Shown here: piece by piece, positions 1 through 9,056 of the stretch
Layout of the letters: every line of letters begins with the position of its first letter
How positions within the stretch are numbered: the first letter of the stretch is position 1
Source of the DNA: Leptospirales bacterium
GTDB taxonomy: Bacteria; Spirochaetota; Leptospiria; Turneriellales; JAOUFE01
Direction: 5' to 3'
Length of the DNA stretch: 38,894 nucleotides
Assembly: GCA_040326155.1 (NCBI GenBank)
Contig: JBEQLE010000041.1
Coordinates: 1-38,894 of the forward strand
Notes under the pieces: model-generated
Database searches by the model: none
The model's input: the letters and a program-made list of their open reading frames with translations, nothing else
Told to the model about the DNA's origin: nothing
Program-made: the position numbers and the translations under genes

Positions 1-134
1 AAACCCAAAACCGTCAGTTAAGTTTCATACCGCCTTGATTGCGCAAGTGAGTATCGTTGAGGAGCCCGGTGCGATAGTTTCGCACGCCGGGATCTGTGCG
101 GGGGGCGTCGGGTAACCGATGTCCCTACCGTGAC
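1..134 (+). mobile_element. 3' end of a group II intron (domains V and VI); the rest, including the RT ORF, lies upstream of the window
   Basis: DV GAGCCCGGTGCG-atagttt-CGCACGCCGGGATC (62-94) has the AGC catalytic triad and AC bulge. The DVI hairpin GGGGGCGTCGG-GTAA-CCGATGTCCCTACC has a bulged A, and the element ends in ...CGTGAC. An open frame (..EEPGAIVSHAGICAGGVG*) runs through DV and may be the IEP tail. Confidence 0.9.
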
Positions 135-209
135 TGTGCAAAAAACATTATATTTATCTGCAATGTATTCTTTCTGCATAGTCTTTTTTCAAGGTCCAAA
201 AGATAAGTA

Positions 210-238
210 TTGACAATATAATACGTGGATTATATTTA
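210..238 (+). promoter_or_regulatory. Putative sigma70 promoter of the ATPase cassette
   Basis: Perfect TTGACA at 210-215 followed by AT-rich TATATT/TATTTA at 231-238, about 60 bp before the ATG; spacing is not ideal. Confidence 0.45.
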
Positions 239-297
239 GTTTTAAAATTAATGCTATATTATTCAATAAAATATTGATATTGTTTTAAGGATTAAAC

Positions 298-1872
298 ATG
301 AACTCTGATCATAATGAATTAGTAAATATTCTTACCCAAGCTGAGCCTCTAGGTCCAATTGCTCATGAAAGAATAATCAAAAGTGCAGTTGAAAAACTTA
401 TCTATGATGATATCCCCCTTTTTTCAGATGCATATAGTAAACCGCATATGTTATTTTTAGGCCGAAAAGGGTCAGGCAAATCTGCACTTCTTGGGGCTAT
501 TCGGCGCAACTCGCGGAAAAAAGGTCGTCAAACCGTAATGTCAAAGGACGATGAACCAACAAAGGGTAGAAACTATGTAATAGCTGTCTACTCTTGGGAG
601 CACTTTCACCAAATGGTGCGAAATGTAAAGCGTCTAACTATTGCTGATGGGGAAATTGATGAACTAATACCGGTAGAATATTTTGTAAAACTTTGGTATG
701 AAACTTTATGGGATGAGATTATTCAATATTTCTATAATTTTCATGCTTTTGAAGATTGTCGGAAAGTTCTTCAGCCTGTTGAACAATATATAAATGTGGA
801 TGGTATTTTTGAGGGTAGCTCCGAAAAGAGAGCGAATGACTTATTCGAAAAAGCTCGAAATGCCGTGCTTGAATTTCTTGAGATACAGAATTCAAAATTG
901 TATTTTTTATTTGATTCTATGGAAAATTATCCTGTTCGTAACACAACCTTTGTTACAATAATCGCTGGTTTATTCCAAGGTTTATCCAAAATAAATGATG
1001 ATTCAATGCGTATCATTGCATCGTTTTGCTTGCCTGAGGAGGTTGAATCATTTATAACGAACAACTCCGCGAATCTAATGAAAGATTTATCCTCTTCCTC
1101 AAGGATTCGTTGGAAACCGGTTGACTTAATCCGTATTGTTGCACATCGATTACGTGTTTCTGCTTCATATTATGACAAAGCACTTTATCATCAAATCAAG
1201 TTGTTAGATTTTTCAAAGCGTGATGATTTGCACAATGTTTTCCAGTTGGTTCTACCTGAAGTGTTAAAAAATTCTCAGGGTACATCAGAAGATCCAATTG
1301 CCTATATAATCAGGCATACGCAATTGCTTCCTAGGCACATTTTAGCTATTTTCAACTCTGCTCTTAGCTATCACTATAAAATGACAAACACATTCACAGA
1401 TGTAACTGAAGATGCCATAAAGCAAGGTGTTCAAAATACTCAAAAATTAATAGCTCAGCAAATATTGGACCCATACGAAAAATTTTATCCAAAATTGCTA
1501 TTACAATGCAACAAAATACTTCCTGACCTTGATCCCATTAATAGCTATAATGACCTTAAACGAATTAAAAGGAGGTTTAACCGTGTCATTGAAGATGATA
1601 TCACCTCTGTATGGGAGACTTTATTTGAAATGGGTGTTATTGGGCGGTCAATGAATAATATTTCAACTAACCATGATAGTGAAATTAAAAAGCAACGTTA
1701 TTGCTATGGCCAATTCCACTATAATATTGAAGGATCTTTTGGGCTGGCCACTGACGGTGAATTTTGCTTCCACCCAGTTTTCTCGCGTTATTTTGGCATG
1801 AGCAGACGTAACGGTGATAAAAGAGTTGTATATCCAGCCAATATTGACTTGGGGAAAATTTATGAAGATTAA
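298..1872 (+). CDS. P-loop ATPase, Sll1717/FunZ-like
   Basis: 524 aa; Walker A GRKGSGKS, Walker B LYFLFDSME, RHTQLLPRHIL motif, winged-helix-like LFEMGVIG near the C-terminus; AAGGA RBS; low GC. Confidence 0.8.
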   Translation: MNSDHNELVNILTQAEPLGPIAHERIIKSAVEKLIYDDIPLFSDAYSKPHMLFLGRKGSGKSALLGAIRRNSRKKGRQTVMSKDDEPTKGRNYVIAVYSWEHFHQMVRNVKRLTIADGEIDELIPVEYFVKLWYETLWDEIIQYFYNFHAFEDCRKVLQPVEQYINVDGIFEGSSEKRANDLFEKARNAVLEFLEIQNSKLYFLFDSMENYPVRNTTFVTIIAGLFQGLSKINDDSMRIIASFCLPEEVESFITNNSANLMKDLSSSSRIRWKPVDLIRIVAHRLRVSASYYDKALYHQIKLLDFSKRDDLHNVFQLVLPEVLKNSQGTSEDPIAYIIRHTQLLPRHILAIFNSALSYHYKMTNTFTDVTEDAIKQGVQNTQKLIAQQILDPYEKFYPKLLLQCNKILPDLDPINSYNDLKRIKRRFNRVIEDDITSVWETLFEMGVIGRSMNNISTNHDSEIKKQRYCYGQFHYNIEGSFGLATDGEFCFHPVFSRYFGMSRRNGDKRVVYPANIDLGKIYED

Positions 1873-2293
1873 TAAAAATGTTCATATCAAATTTTCTCTC
1901 CCAATTATTACGCTAATCGCTATTGTCATTGGGATATATGCTTCAAGCATTACAGGTGATCCACATTGGTTAAACCGTATGGGCGCTTTAATCGCAAGTA
2001 TAGCAGCATTAGCAATTTTATTGCAAATAGCAGTTGAAATCAATTTAGAAGAAAAGCGCAGTAAAATTGATTCTAAAGAATTGAAAGAAAACCAAAAAAT
2101 ATCTGTGAGTCCGGTAGATGAATTACAAGTACGCTTGGAAATTAAACGTTTTGAAATTCAAAGACGTAAGCTAACAAAAGAGAGGCTTCTCATTGCATCT
2201 TATGTAACTTTCACTGCTATGCTGGGTGAACTACTACATGGATTTGGCGACCTATTAATGTGTTCTCTTTTCCATATCTGTTCCAATCATTAA
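1862..2293 (+). CDS. Small membrane protein (about 3 TM segments with a charged coiled linker), coupled to the ATPase
   Basis: ATG at 1862 overlaps the ATPase 3' end; hydrophobic segments FSLPIITLIAIVIGIYA, MGALIASIAALAILLQIAV and LLIASYVTFTAMLGELL. Confidence 0.75.
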   Translation: MKINKNVHIKFSLPIITLIAIVIGIYASSITGDPHWLNRMGALIASIAALAILLQIAVEINLEEKRSKIDSKELKENQKISVSPVDELQVRLEIKRFEIQRRKLTKERLLIASYVTFTAMLGELLHGFGDLLMCSLFHICSNH

Positions 2294-2363
2294 AGTAGCA
2301 ACAGAGTACCCCATAAATACCGATCAATACAAATGGATCCTTCCTACTTTTAATGTTTTCAGC

Positions 2364-2432
2364 ACATAACAAATTTTGATCTGCTCAGGCGCGTGCGCGT
2401 CTTCGGGTTTCGCATCTTATTTTTCGTTAAAA
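2364..2432 (+). repeat. attC-like recombination site (degenerate)
   Basis: Inverse core ACATAAC (2364-2370) to core GTTAAAA (2426-2432), 69 bp, with a GC-rich palindromic centre; lies just after a gene stop. Confidence 0.55.
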
Positions 2433-2452
2433 TGATACTTACATTTAAAAAG

Positions 2453-2604
2453 ACATAACAGCAATTGTTTTTTCGCTTGCGCTCAACCACATTTTGGGGC
2501 TACTTTCGCTTAACCGCTTTGCTCGCACCAAACTTGAGCTTTGTTTTGCGCTCGTCTGGCGGGTCGAGTCACCCCGAAACGTCAGATAACTCGCCACGTG
2601 ATAC
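2453..2604 (+). repeat. Long attC-like / Leptospira-type cassette repeat (degenerate)
   Basis: ACATAACAGCAATT ... AACGTCAGATAACTCGCCACGTGATAC with many CGCT motifs; resembles, from memory, long Leptospira attC-type repeats. The core appears mutated (GTG for GTT). Confidence 0.55.
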
Positions 2605-2725
2605 AAAATACTTCGAAATGACTAATCACCACCACTCATTGTACTTACGTATCAATGATCAATTGGTAGACGCCGTTTAGGTTGTCATACAGTCATCAGG
2701 CCTTAAAACTAAATCCTGAGATTCT

Positions 2726-3940
2726 TTATTTTACCGGCCTTGAACTAGAAACCGGCTTAAATTTGTCAGACAAAATTTCCAGGACCAATGCTTTCACCAT
2801 ATCATAATCCGGTTCCGATTTGAAAAACGTGTAAGTATAATGAGTTCCGTTGCTTTCATAACCGTCAAGATGGTACATTCTTTCATCGGGACCAATATCT
2901 CCGATTTCTCTTGCTATTGTATTTGTACCTTCGTAAGAACCCAATGAAATATAAAATTCACTATCTTCAGACGAATGCTCATATAGTTTGAAAATATATT
3001 TTTTAGGCATTTTTCCATTGAGTTCAAAATATTCCAGGACAAAAACCTTACCTGATTTCACGTCAAACTGATCTCTGATATAGAAACCTTGTTTCGTCAA
3101 CTTTTTTGATTTGTCATTTTTATATAATGAATATAATTTTTCTCTAGCCGCATCACGTTCTTTTTTATTTCCTAAAGCTTGACTCTCTTGAATGATTTTG
3201 GTCAATGCACGCCAATCATTTTCATCGAGTTCAATTACCTTTGAAAACGATGCTAAAGCTTTTTCGTGTTTTCCGAGCGTCTGATAAAGTTGACCCAGGT
3301 TGTAATGAGCCGAAACGTGATCCGGTTTCATTTGTATGACAATCAGATATTGTTTTTCAGATTCTGTATATTCTTTATTGGAAATATAAATACCGGCCAG
3401 GTTGAAATGGACCGAGGTATTTTCTGGCTCAATTTCAATGGCGCGCTGGTAAGCTTTTTTTGCGGCTTCGAGATCATTTGTTTTTTCTAAAATCAGCCCC
3501 AACTCTAGAAAATATTTTGCATTATTGCCGTCGATTGAAGTTGCTTTTTGAATATATTTCTTTGCTTCAGTAAGGTTTTTCCCATATTTGTTTATAAGAC
3601 CAAGATAAAAGTATGCTTCAGAAAGTTCAGAATCATACACAATTGCCTTGTTTAAAATCTTTTCAGATTTTTCATCCATTTGCAAATAGAAAAAGACTAT
3701 ACCCATTTTCAGTGATAATTCGGCGCTCTTGGTCTCATCGATATATTTAAGTATTTCTTTCTCGTGTTTTTTTAATTGAGTACTTGCTTTGTCTTTGGAG
3801 CCATTTTTTAAAAGAAAAAGAATTTCATCTATTTTTTTTTCTTGTCCTATCTCACTTGACAATAGATGATTATGAGCAGATAACAAAATAAACAGGAAAA
3901 TGATTACTCTTTGTAGAAATATTTTATTTAAGAAGGACAT
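2726..3940 (-). CDS. Exported tetratricopeptide-repeat protein with C-terminal domain of unknown function
   Basis: N-terminal hydrophobic signal; several TPR consensus motifs (AYFYLG, HFNLAG, AHYNLGQLY). Confidence 0.85.
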   Translation of the reverse strand: MSFLNKIFLQRVIIFLFILLSAHNHLLSSEIGQEKKIDEILFLLKNGSKDKASTQLKKHEKEILKYIDETKSAELSLKMGIVFFYLQMDEKSEKILNKAIVYDSELSEAYFYLGLINKYGKNLTEAKKYIQKATSIDGNNAKYFLELGLILEKTNDLEAAKKAYQRAIEIEPENTSVHFNLAGIYISNKEYTESEKQYLIVIQMKPDHVSAHYNLGQLYQTLGKHEKALASFSKVIELDENDWRALTKIIQESQALGNKKERDAAREKLYSLYKNDKSKKLTKQGFYIRDQFDVKSGKVFVLEYFELNGKMPKKYIFKLYEHSSEDSEFYISLGSYEGTNTIAREIGDIGPDERMYHLDGYESNGTHYTYTFFKSEPDYDMVKALVLEILSDKFKPVSSSRPVK

Positions 3941-4138
3941 ATTACAAACTTGATTTCAGGTACCTATTTTCAAGGAGAAATCGCGATATCTTTTTAAAAC
4001 CTGCGTCCAGGACGTCAGAGTTTACTATAGTTTTCCCAACCTTACTTTCATATGATCAATTGAATGATGGTTCGCTTGCATGGGTTGCATCAATTCAATA
4101 CGAATCTCCAGAAGGTTTTATATCATTTAAATCAACAT

Positions 4139-4250
4139 TTCCTTCAGATTCCGCCTCGCGACGGACACCCTTGTGCTTCGCTAACACTTCACCTCCATCA
4201 GGTTGTGTAAGGGACTTCCACCCTCAAGTACTCGGCCATGCCCGGCTGAC
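4139..4250 (-). mobile_element. Truncated 5' end (domain I) of a group IIC-type intron
   Basis: Minus strand reads GTCAGCCGGGCATGG...GAGGGTGGAAGTCCCT...GTTAGCGAAGCACAAGGGTGTCCGTCGCGAGGCGGAATCTGAAGGAA, matching the conserved IIC 5' region. GUGYG start is degenerate and no RT follows. Confidence 0.8.
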
Positions 4251-4254
4251 CGCC

Positions 4255-4332
4255 GGGAGGGTTGTTCATTTTCTTTTGCCGTCAAAAGAAAACGAACCAA
4301 AAGAAAAGCGCCAACCCGACACGTCCCTCCGT
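4255..4332. repeat. REP-like hairpin element
   Basis: GTTCaTTTTCTTTTG-ccgt-CAAAAGAAAAcGAAC stem, with outer GGGAGGGTTG...CAACCC/CCCTCC pairing. Confidence 0.55.
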
Positions 4333-4852
4333 GGCCGTGAGGGTTGGATCACTCGCCCTCGATGGCTCGGTCTACATGGACTTCATTTTACAATATAGGT
4401 TGTTCCAAATTTTGAACCTTTGAGCTCGCTTAACATACAAACTCAAGCCTACCTCCAAATTAATACAGCTGGTGAAACATGAAATTTTTCTGAAAGTTGC
4501 CAATTCCGCTTCGAGTAAAGATTGCGACCTGCGGAAAAGGTTATTCGAGCGATCATCTCCTTACAGTAGATGCGGCCGTATTTCGGGTCTAGCTTTCGAA
4601 ACATTGGATGCGGAATAGATGGTAAGATGCACCTGAATGTGCAACCAACAACCCGATCCAAAGAATCGTTAAATATACATGAAAATAATTGAAAATTGTT
4701 GCATTGCCTGGTGTTTGTTCGTTATATTATAATAAGGCAAGAACCATGCAAAAAATGCACAATATTTACACAATAATTGCACATTTTACTTGACTTATGC
4801 CCGATAAGTATTTAATTAGGAATATAAAAAAAGAACGATAAGGAAGATGCAT

Positions 4853-5080
4853 ATGAGCGAAGAAAAGAAAGCTCGCCTAAATATTAGTGTGAGCGAAAAA
4901 ACATTAAACAGGCTAAAAAAATCAACTGGTATTGTTAAGAATCAAGAATTGATGGAGCAAGCTATTTTGCTCCTTGATTGGGCTGTTAAAGAAAGAAAAG
5001 AAAAACATATTGTCGGCTCGCTAGATGAAAAAAATCAAAAATACAAAGAAGTAGTGATGCCTGCGTTGAGTCATGGCTAA
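4853..5080 (+). CDS. Ribbon-helix-helix (CopG-like) protein
   Basis: RLNISVS beta-ribbon followed by two helices (TLNRLKK; NQELMEQAILLLDWAV); AAGGA RBS. Confidence 0.65.
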   Translation: MSEEKKARLNISVSEKTLNRLKKSTGIVKNQELMEQAILLLDWAVKERKEKHIVGSLDEKNQKYKEVVMPALSHG

Positions 5081-5339
5081 GCAAATAGAGATAAAAGAAC
5101 ATGATCTAAAAGAAAAAAAACAAGATCATGTTCTTGGTCTTCAGAAGGTAATAACATATTCCACAATTGTATTATTTGCTGCATCAATGACTGCTACATT
5201 TGTTATAATTTTTGGCATTGCATTGTGGGAATTTAAACTTCCAAAATCATTTTTAAACTGGATGGGCGGAGCTACTATAGGTCAGATCGGTGGCTTGATG
5301 GCGATAGTTTATAAGGGCGTCTTTAGATCAACACCCTAA
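5073..5339 (+). CDS. Small two-TM membrane protein
   Basis: Overlaps the RHH stop by 8 nt; two hydrophobic segments, the second containing GATIGQIGG. Confidence 0.7.
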   Translation: MAKQIEIKEHDLKEKKQDHVLGLQKVITYSTIVLFAASMTATFVIIFGIALWEFKLPKSFLNWMGGATIGQIGGLMAIVYKGVFRSTP

Positions 5340-5751
5340 CCCACAACTCGGATCAAAGATCACACTATGATCGGTTAGACGTCAACTGCCAATGTGACAA
5401 CTATTTTCTTGAAATATACCCAGAATATGCAACAAATAGATCCATAAAGCCGTTGGCGGACTCTGTTCATCTTCTTGATACTAAAGTTTTTTCTAAATTG
5501 GCTTCTATTATTGCTTCCACGATTTTCCAGCGCAAACGATTTAACACGGGGGGTGACGAATAATTTTTATTACAATAAAAATTATGGAGGCAGGGGGGCG
5601 TCCCCCCAAAAATGGTTTTGAACTTTTTTTTAGGTAATTATAACACTTGACAACGTGCCTCTTAGTTAATGCTTAGGTCGGACTTTTACCATCGTGGGAA
5701 TACATAAAAAACTGGTATGCCCTGGTTTAATTTACATATATTTTAGTCAAA

Positions 5752-7626
5752 ATGGAGCCTCATATGGATATGGATAGTAGACCTTTAATTGTACAGTCGG
5801 ATAAAACTCTTTTACTGGAGGTTGATAACCCTAATTTTGAAGAGGCAAGAGTTCTTATTGCCCGTTTTGCGGAACTTGAGAAGTCACCAGAGTATCTGCA
5901 TACTTACAGAATAACTCCGCTCTCGCTATGGAACGCTGCAGCCAGCAAACTTAACGCAGAGAAAATTATCGATACGCTTTATCAATATTCTAAATACCCC
6001 GTCCCACAAAATGTTAATGGCGAAATTACACGGCAAATTGGCCGGTATGGGAAACTTAAACTCCAGCGCGACGAGCAGGGTGAACTTATTTTGCACTCCA
6101 GCGAAGAAAATTTTATTAAAGAGATTAATCGCAGTAAAAAAGTGCAACCTTATATTGAAGGACTCAAAGACAAAAATAACCTCTTCGTAAAAAAAGAGTA
6201 CCGAGGGCATATTAAACAAGCTCTTATTCGACTCGGGTTTCCCGTTGAAGATTTAGCCGGTTACGACAGAGGAAACGACTATGCTTTTGATCTACTAGAA
6301 AAATGTCACTCCGGGAAAGATTTTGAAATTCGAGACTATCAGGAACAGGCGATTACAGCCTTTTATGCGGGAGGCTCTCTCGAAGGCGGTTCCGGTGTTG
6401 TTGTGTTGCCCTGTGGGGCCGGTAAAACCATCGTCGGTATTGGCGCCATGCAAAAAGTTGCTGCCCAGACCCTTATTTTGGTAACAAACACTCTTTCTAT
6501 ACGCCAATGGCGAGATGAGCTTATGGATAAAACCAATGTACCTTTAGAGGATATTGGCGAATACTCCGGCGATAAAAAAGAGATTAAACCCATAACCATT
6601 GCTACTTACAATATTTTAACCCACCGCAAGAAAAAAGGCGGAGAGTTTACTCACTTTCATCTGTTTTCCTCAAATAACTGGGGTTTAATATTATACGATG
6701 AGGTCCACTTGTTGCCTGCCCCTGTTTTTCGTATGACAAGCGAGCTTCAAGCGAAACGCCGTCTTGGCCTTACGGCAACTCTGGTTCGGGAAGATGGACT
6801 AGAAGAAGATGTATTTTCTTTAATTGGTCCTAAGAAAATCGATGTTCCCTGGAAAGAGCTCGAAAAGAAATCATGGATTGCCCAGGCGCAATGTGTTGAA
6901 GTTCGAGTTCCTATGCGGTCGCTTATGCGGGGTATGTATTCTGTAGCCGATGATAGAGAAAAGTTTCGTTTTTCATCGGAAAACCCTGAGAAAACACATG
7001 TAGTCGGAACTCTTTTAAACCACCACAAGAAGGATCAAGTTTTAGTTATTGGACAATATTTAAACCAGTTACAAAAAATCTCTGATAAATTCGGCCTACC
7101 GCTGATTACGGGGAAAACCCCTTTGAACGAACGCGCGACCCTTTACCAGGCATTTCGAAAGAAAGAGATAAAAGCGCTCGTTGTATCGAAGGTTGCGAAC
7201 TTTTCTATTGACCTTCCTGATGCAAATATTGCAATTCAGCTTAGCGGTACATTTGGAAGTCGCCAGGAAGAGGCCCAACGTTTAGGGCGAATTCTTCGAC
7301 CCAAAAATGATGGAAACCAGGCTATTTTTTACTCTGTTGTAACCAATGAATCTTCCGAAGAACGATTCAGCCACAACCGACAGCTTTTTCTAACCGAACA
7401 AGGGTATGAATACTTTATTTACGCGTATAAAGATTTTAAAGCTCACTACGGTTCTTATGTAAAAATATTGAAAGAAAGTAAAGAAAACGATAAAGAGACT
7501 GGCAAAGCTACTGAGAAAATTACTGAGAAAGTAACTGGCAACGAAACTACGAAAGAAATAGATAAAACTACTGACAAGGTAACAGACAGTAAAATACCAG
7601 AGAAAATACCCGCTGGTAAGGTCTAA
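5752..7626 (+). CDS. DNA repair helicase XPB (Ssl2/Rad25 family)
   Basis: N-terminal PLIVQSDKTLLLEV/ELEKSPE domain, LPCGAGKT, DEVH, LGLTAT, QRLGRILRPK; low-complexity TEK-repeat tail. Confidence 0.95.
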   Translation: MEPHMDMDSRPLIVQSDKTLLLEVDNPNFEEARVLIARFAELEKSPEYLHTYRITPLSLWNAAASKLNAEKIIDTLYQYSKYPVPQNVNGEITRQIGRYGKLKLQRDEQGELILHSSEENFIKEINRSKKVQPYIEGLKDKNNLFVKKEYRGHIKQALIRLGFPVEDLAGYDRGNDYAFDLLEKCHSGKDFEIRDYQEQAITAFYAGGSLEGGSGVVVLPCGAGKTIVGIGAMQKVAAQTLILVTNTLSIRQWRDELMDKTNVPLEDIGEYSGDKKEIKPITIATYNILTHRKKKGGEFTHFHLFSSNNWGLILYDEVHLLPAPVFRMTSELQAKRRLGLTATLVREDGLEEDVFSLIGPKKIDVPWKELEKKSWIAQAQCVEVRVPMRSLMRGMYSVADDREKFRFSSENPEKTHVVGTLLNHHKKDQVLVIGQYLNQLQKISDKFGLPLITGKTPLNERATLYQAFRKKEIKALVVSKVANFSIDLPDANIAIQLSGTFGSRQEEAQRLGRILRPKNDGNQAIFYSVVTNESSEERFSHNRQLFLTEQGYEYFIYAYKDFKAHYGSYVKILKESKENDKETGKATEKITEKVTGNETTKEIDKTTDKVTDSKIPEKIPAGKV

Positions 7627-7634
7627 GCGCGTTA

Positions 7635-8816
7635 ATGGAACTTCCCCGTATTTTCGTTTACGTTGTAAGTTCCATTGGTTCTGTTATTTTTGCTGTTTTT
7701 GCTTTCCCGTTTTCAACACACAATGTTTCGAAGTTAACGATTCCATTTATTGTAAACTCAGATAACGTTTTTGAAAAAGCGCCTTTGGTTGAAACATGGC
7801 CTTCCGTAACTTTTCACAAACGAATTCAAACTGGAAAGAATACCAGCTTTGAAATAAGGCAAATTCCTGAAAACGGAACTTCGGTACATGCTTTAAAAAT
7901 ACCAAAAGAGGGCGACCCCTCTTTAAAAAATGGATACCTGACATATTCCAACCAACCTGAATATTATATCTATTACCCACGCCTTGGAAGCGAAATTATA
8001 TATTTTGATACTGCCGGTGAAAAACTCTGGGAAAAAACCAGTCACCATTATATGGAAATTTTTCCGGATGGAAAATATATTCTCGGACTTGCCGGCGACA
8101 GTTCTCGCGCTTTTATTTTTGACCCCGACCTGAACGAAATTGCAAATGTGGAAGGGATGATTATGCTGGGACGCCGTTTCATGCATGATCCTTCTGAAAA
8201 ATTTGACCTTTGCCTTGGGTTTTTAAACGGTGAAATTGTTTTTATTGATGTTGAATCTGGTAAAAAACGCCGCCTGCAAGTTGCCGAAAATTTAACTTCT
8301 CTGGCTTGTAATTCCAGCCCTCTGCGCGTCTTCTACCAGTCCGGTACAAAAACAGGGGAGGGGGAACGCCTTACTCTGGTTACCGGCCTTGCCCCGGTTT
8401 TTCACGATGAAAGTAACGATACAAGTGACAACACAAGTGACGAAGAACAGACGCATGAAACTCTTTTTCAAATTAACCTCGGCAGGTATTACTCCTCGTC
8501 GTTACCCATGCAATGGCACGATAACTATGGAGTTATTTTAACACCTGAGAAAAATGATATGCAGGCTCTGGTTTTTGACCGGCAAGGCGTTCTTCTAGAC
8601 CAGATTGCGCTTCCCATGACGGGCAATAATACGGATGACTGGCGCTCGATTAAACTGAAAAACGGAATTGTTTTCTGGAGCTCTGAAACTGTTCTTGTTT
8701 TTGACAAACACTTGATCTACCGGGCTCACTCTGAAATTAAAAATGCAAAAGGTTATAACAACCATTTCTTTCTCGATACCTACAGCGGAATTGTCGCTTT
8801 TCGTCTTTCAAAATAA
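7635..8816 (+). CDS. Hypothetical membrane-anchored beta-rich (possibly propeller) protein
   Basis: 393-aa ORF 8 nt after XPB, with an N-terminal TM segment. Confidence 0.7.
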   Translation: MELPRIFVYVVSSIGSVIFAVFAFPFSTHNVSKLTIPFIVNSDNVFEKAPLVETWPSVTFHKRIQTGKNTSFEIRQIPENGTSVHALKIPKEGDPSLKNGYLTYSNQPEYYIYYPRLGSEIIYFDTAGEKLWEKTSHHYMEIFPDGKYILGLAGDSSRAFIFDPDLNEIANVEGMIMLGRRFMHDPSEKFDLCLGFLNGEIVFIDVESGKKRRLQVAENLTSLACNSSPLRVFYQSGTKTGEGERLTLVTGLAPVFHDESNDTSDNTSDEEQTHETLFQINLGRYYSSSLPMQWHDNYGVILTPEKNDMQALVFDRQGVLLDQIALPMTGNNTDDWRSIKLKNGIVFWSSETVLVFDKHLIYRAHSEIKNAKGYNNHFFLDTYSGIVAFRLSK

Positions 8817-8854
8817 TACCTAAAGAATATTTTAAGCCTTCCGATGTAATAATC

Positions 8855-9055
8855 ATGGAAAATACAGACATAATGCAAATGATAAGCGCGTTAGAAAAAA
8901 ATGAAAAACAGGTGGTTACAAACTACTTGCAAGAGAGATGGGCTGAAGATGTAACTTCTTTTATTGAAACAGTTAAAGAACTCAGGCAGGTAAATTCAGG
9001 TCTGGTCGACCAATATTTCAGTACAAGCCAGACCCTTTTCAATTTAGCAAAGTAA
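8855..9055 (+). CDS. Small hypothetical protein
   Basis: 66-aa ORF that fills the gap, with plausible helical composition. Confidence 0.6.
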   Translation: MENTDIMQMISALEKNEKQVVTNYLQERWAEDVTSFIETVKELRQVNSGLVDQYFSTSQTLFNLAK

Positions 9056-9056
9056 G

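Noticed and set aside
2465..2680. 71-aa ORF
   Set aside because: Starts at TTG and runs across an attC-like repeat; probably spurious.
4060..4661. ORFs 4060-4398 (+) and 4449-4661 (-)
   Set aside because: TTG starts with no recognisable motifs; the first is antisense to the intron fragment and crosses the hairpin.
5595..5612. GGGGGG-CGT-CCCCCC hairpin upstream of XPB
   Set aside because: An isolated short stem; it may be a terminator or repeat scrap but support is insufficient.
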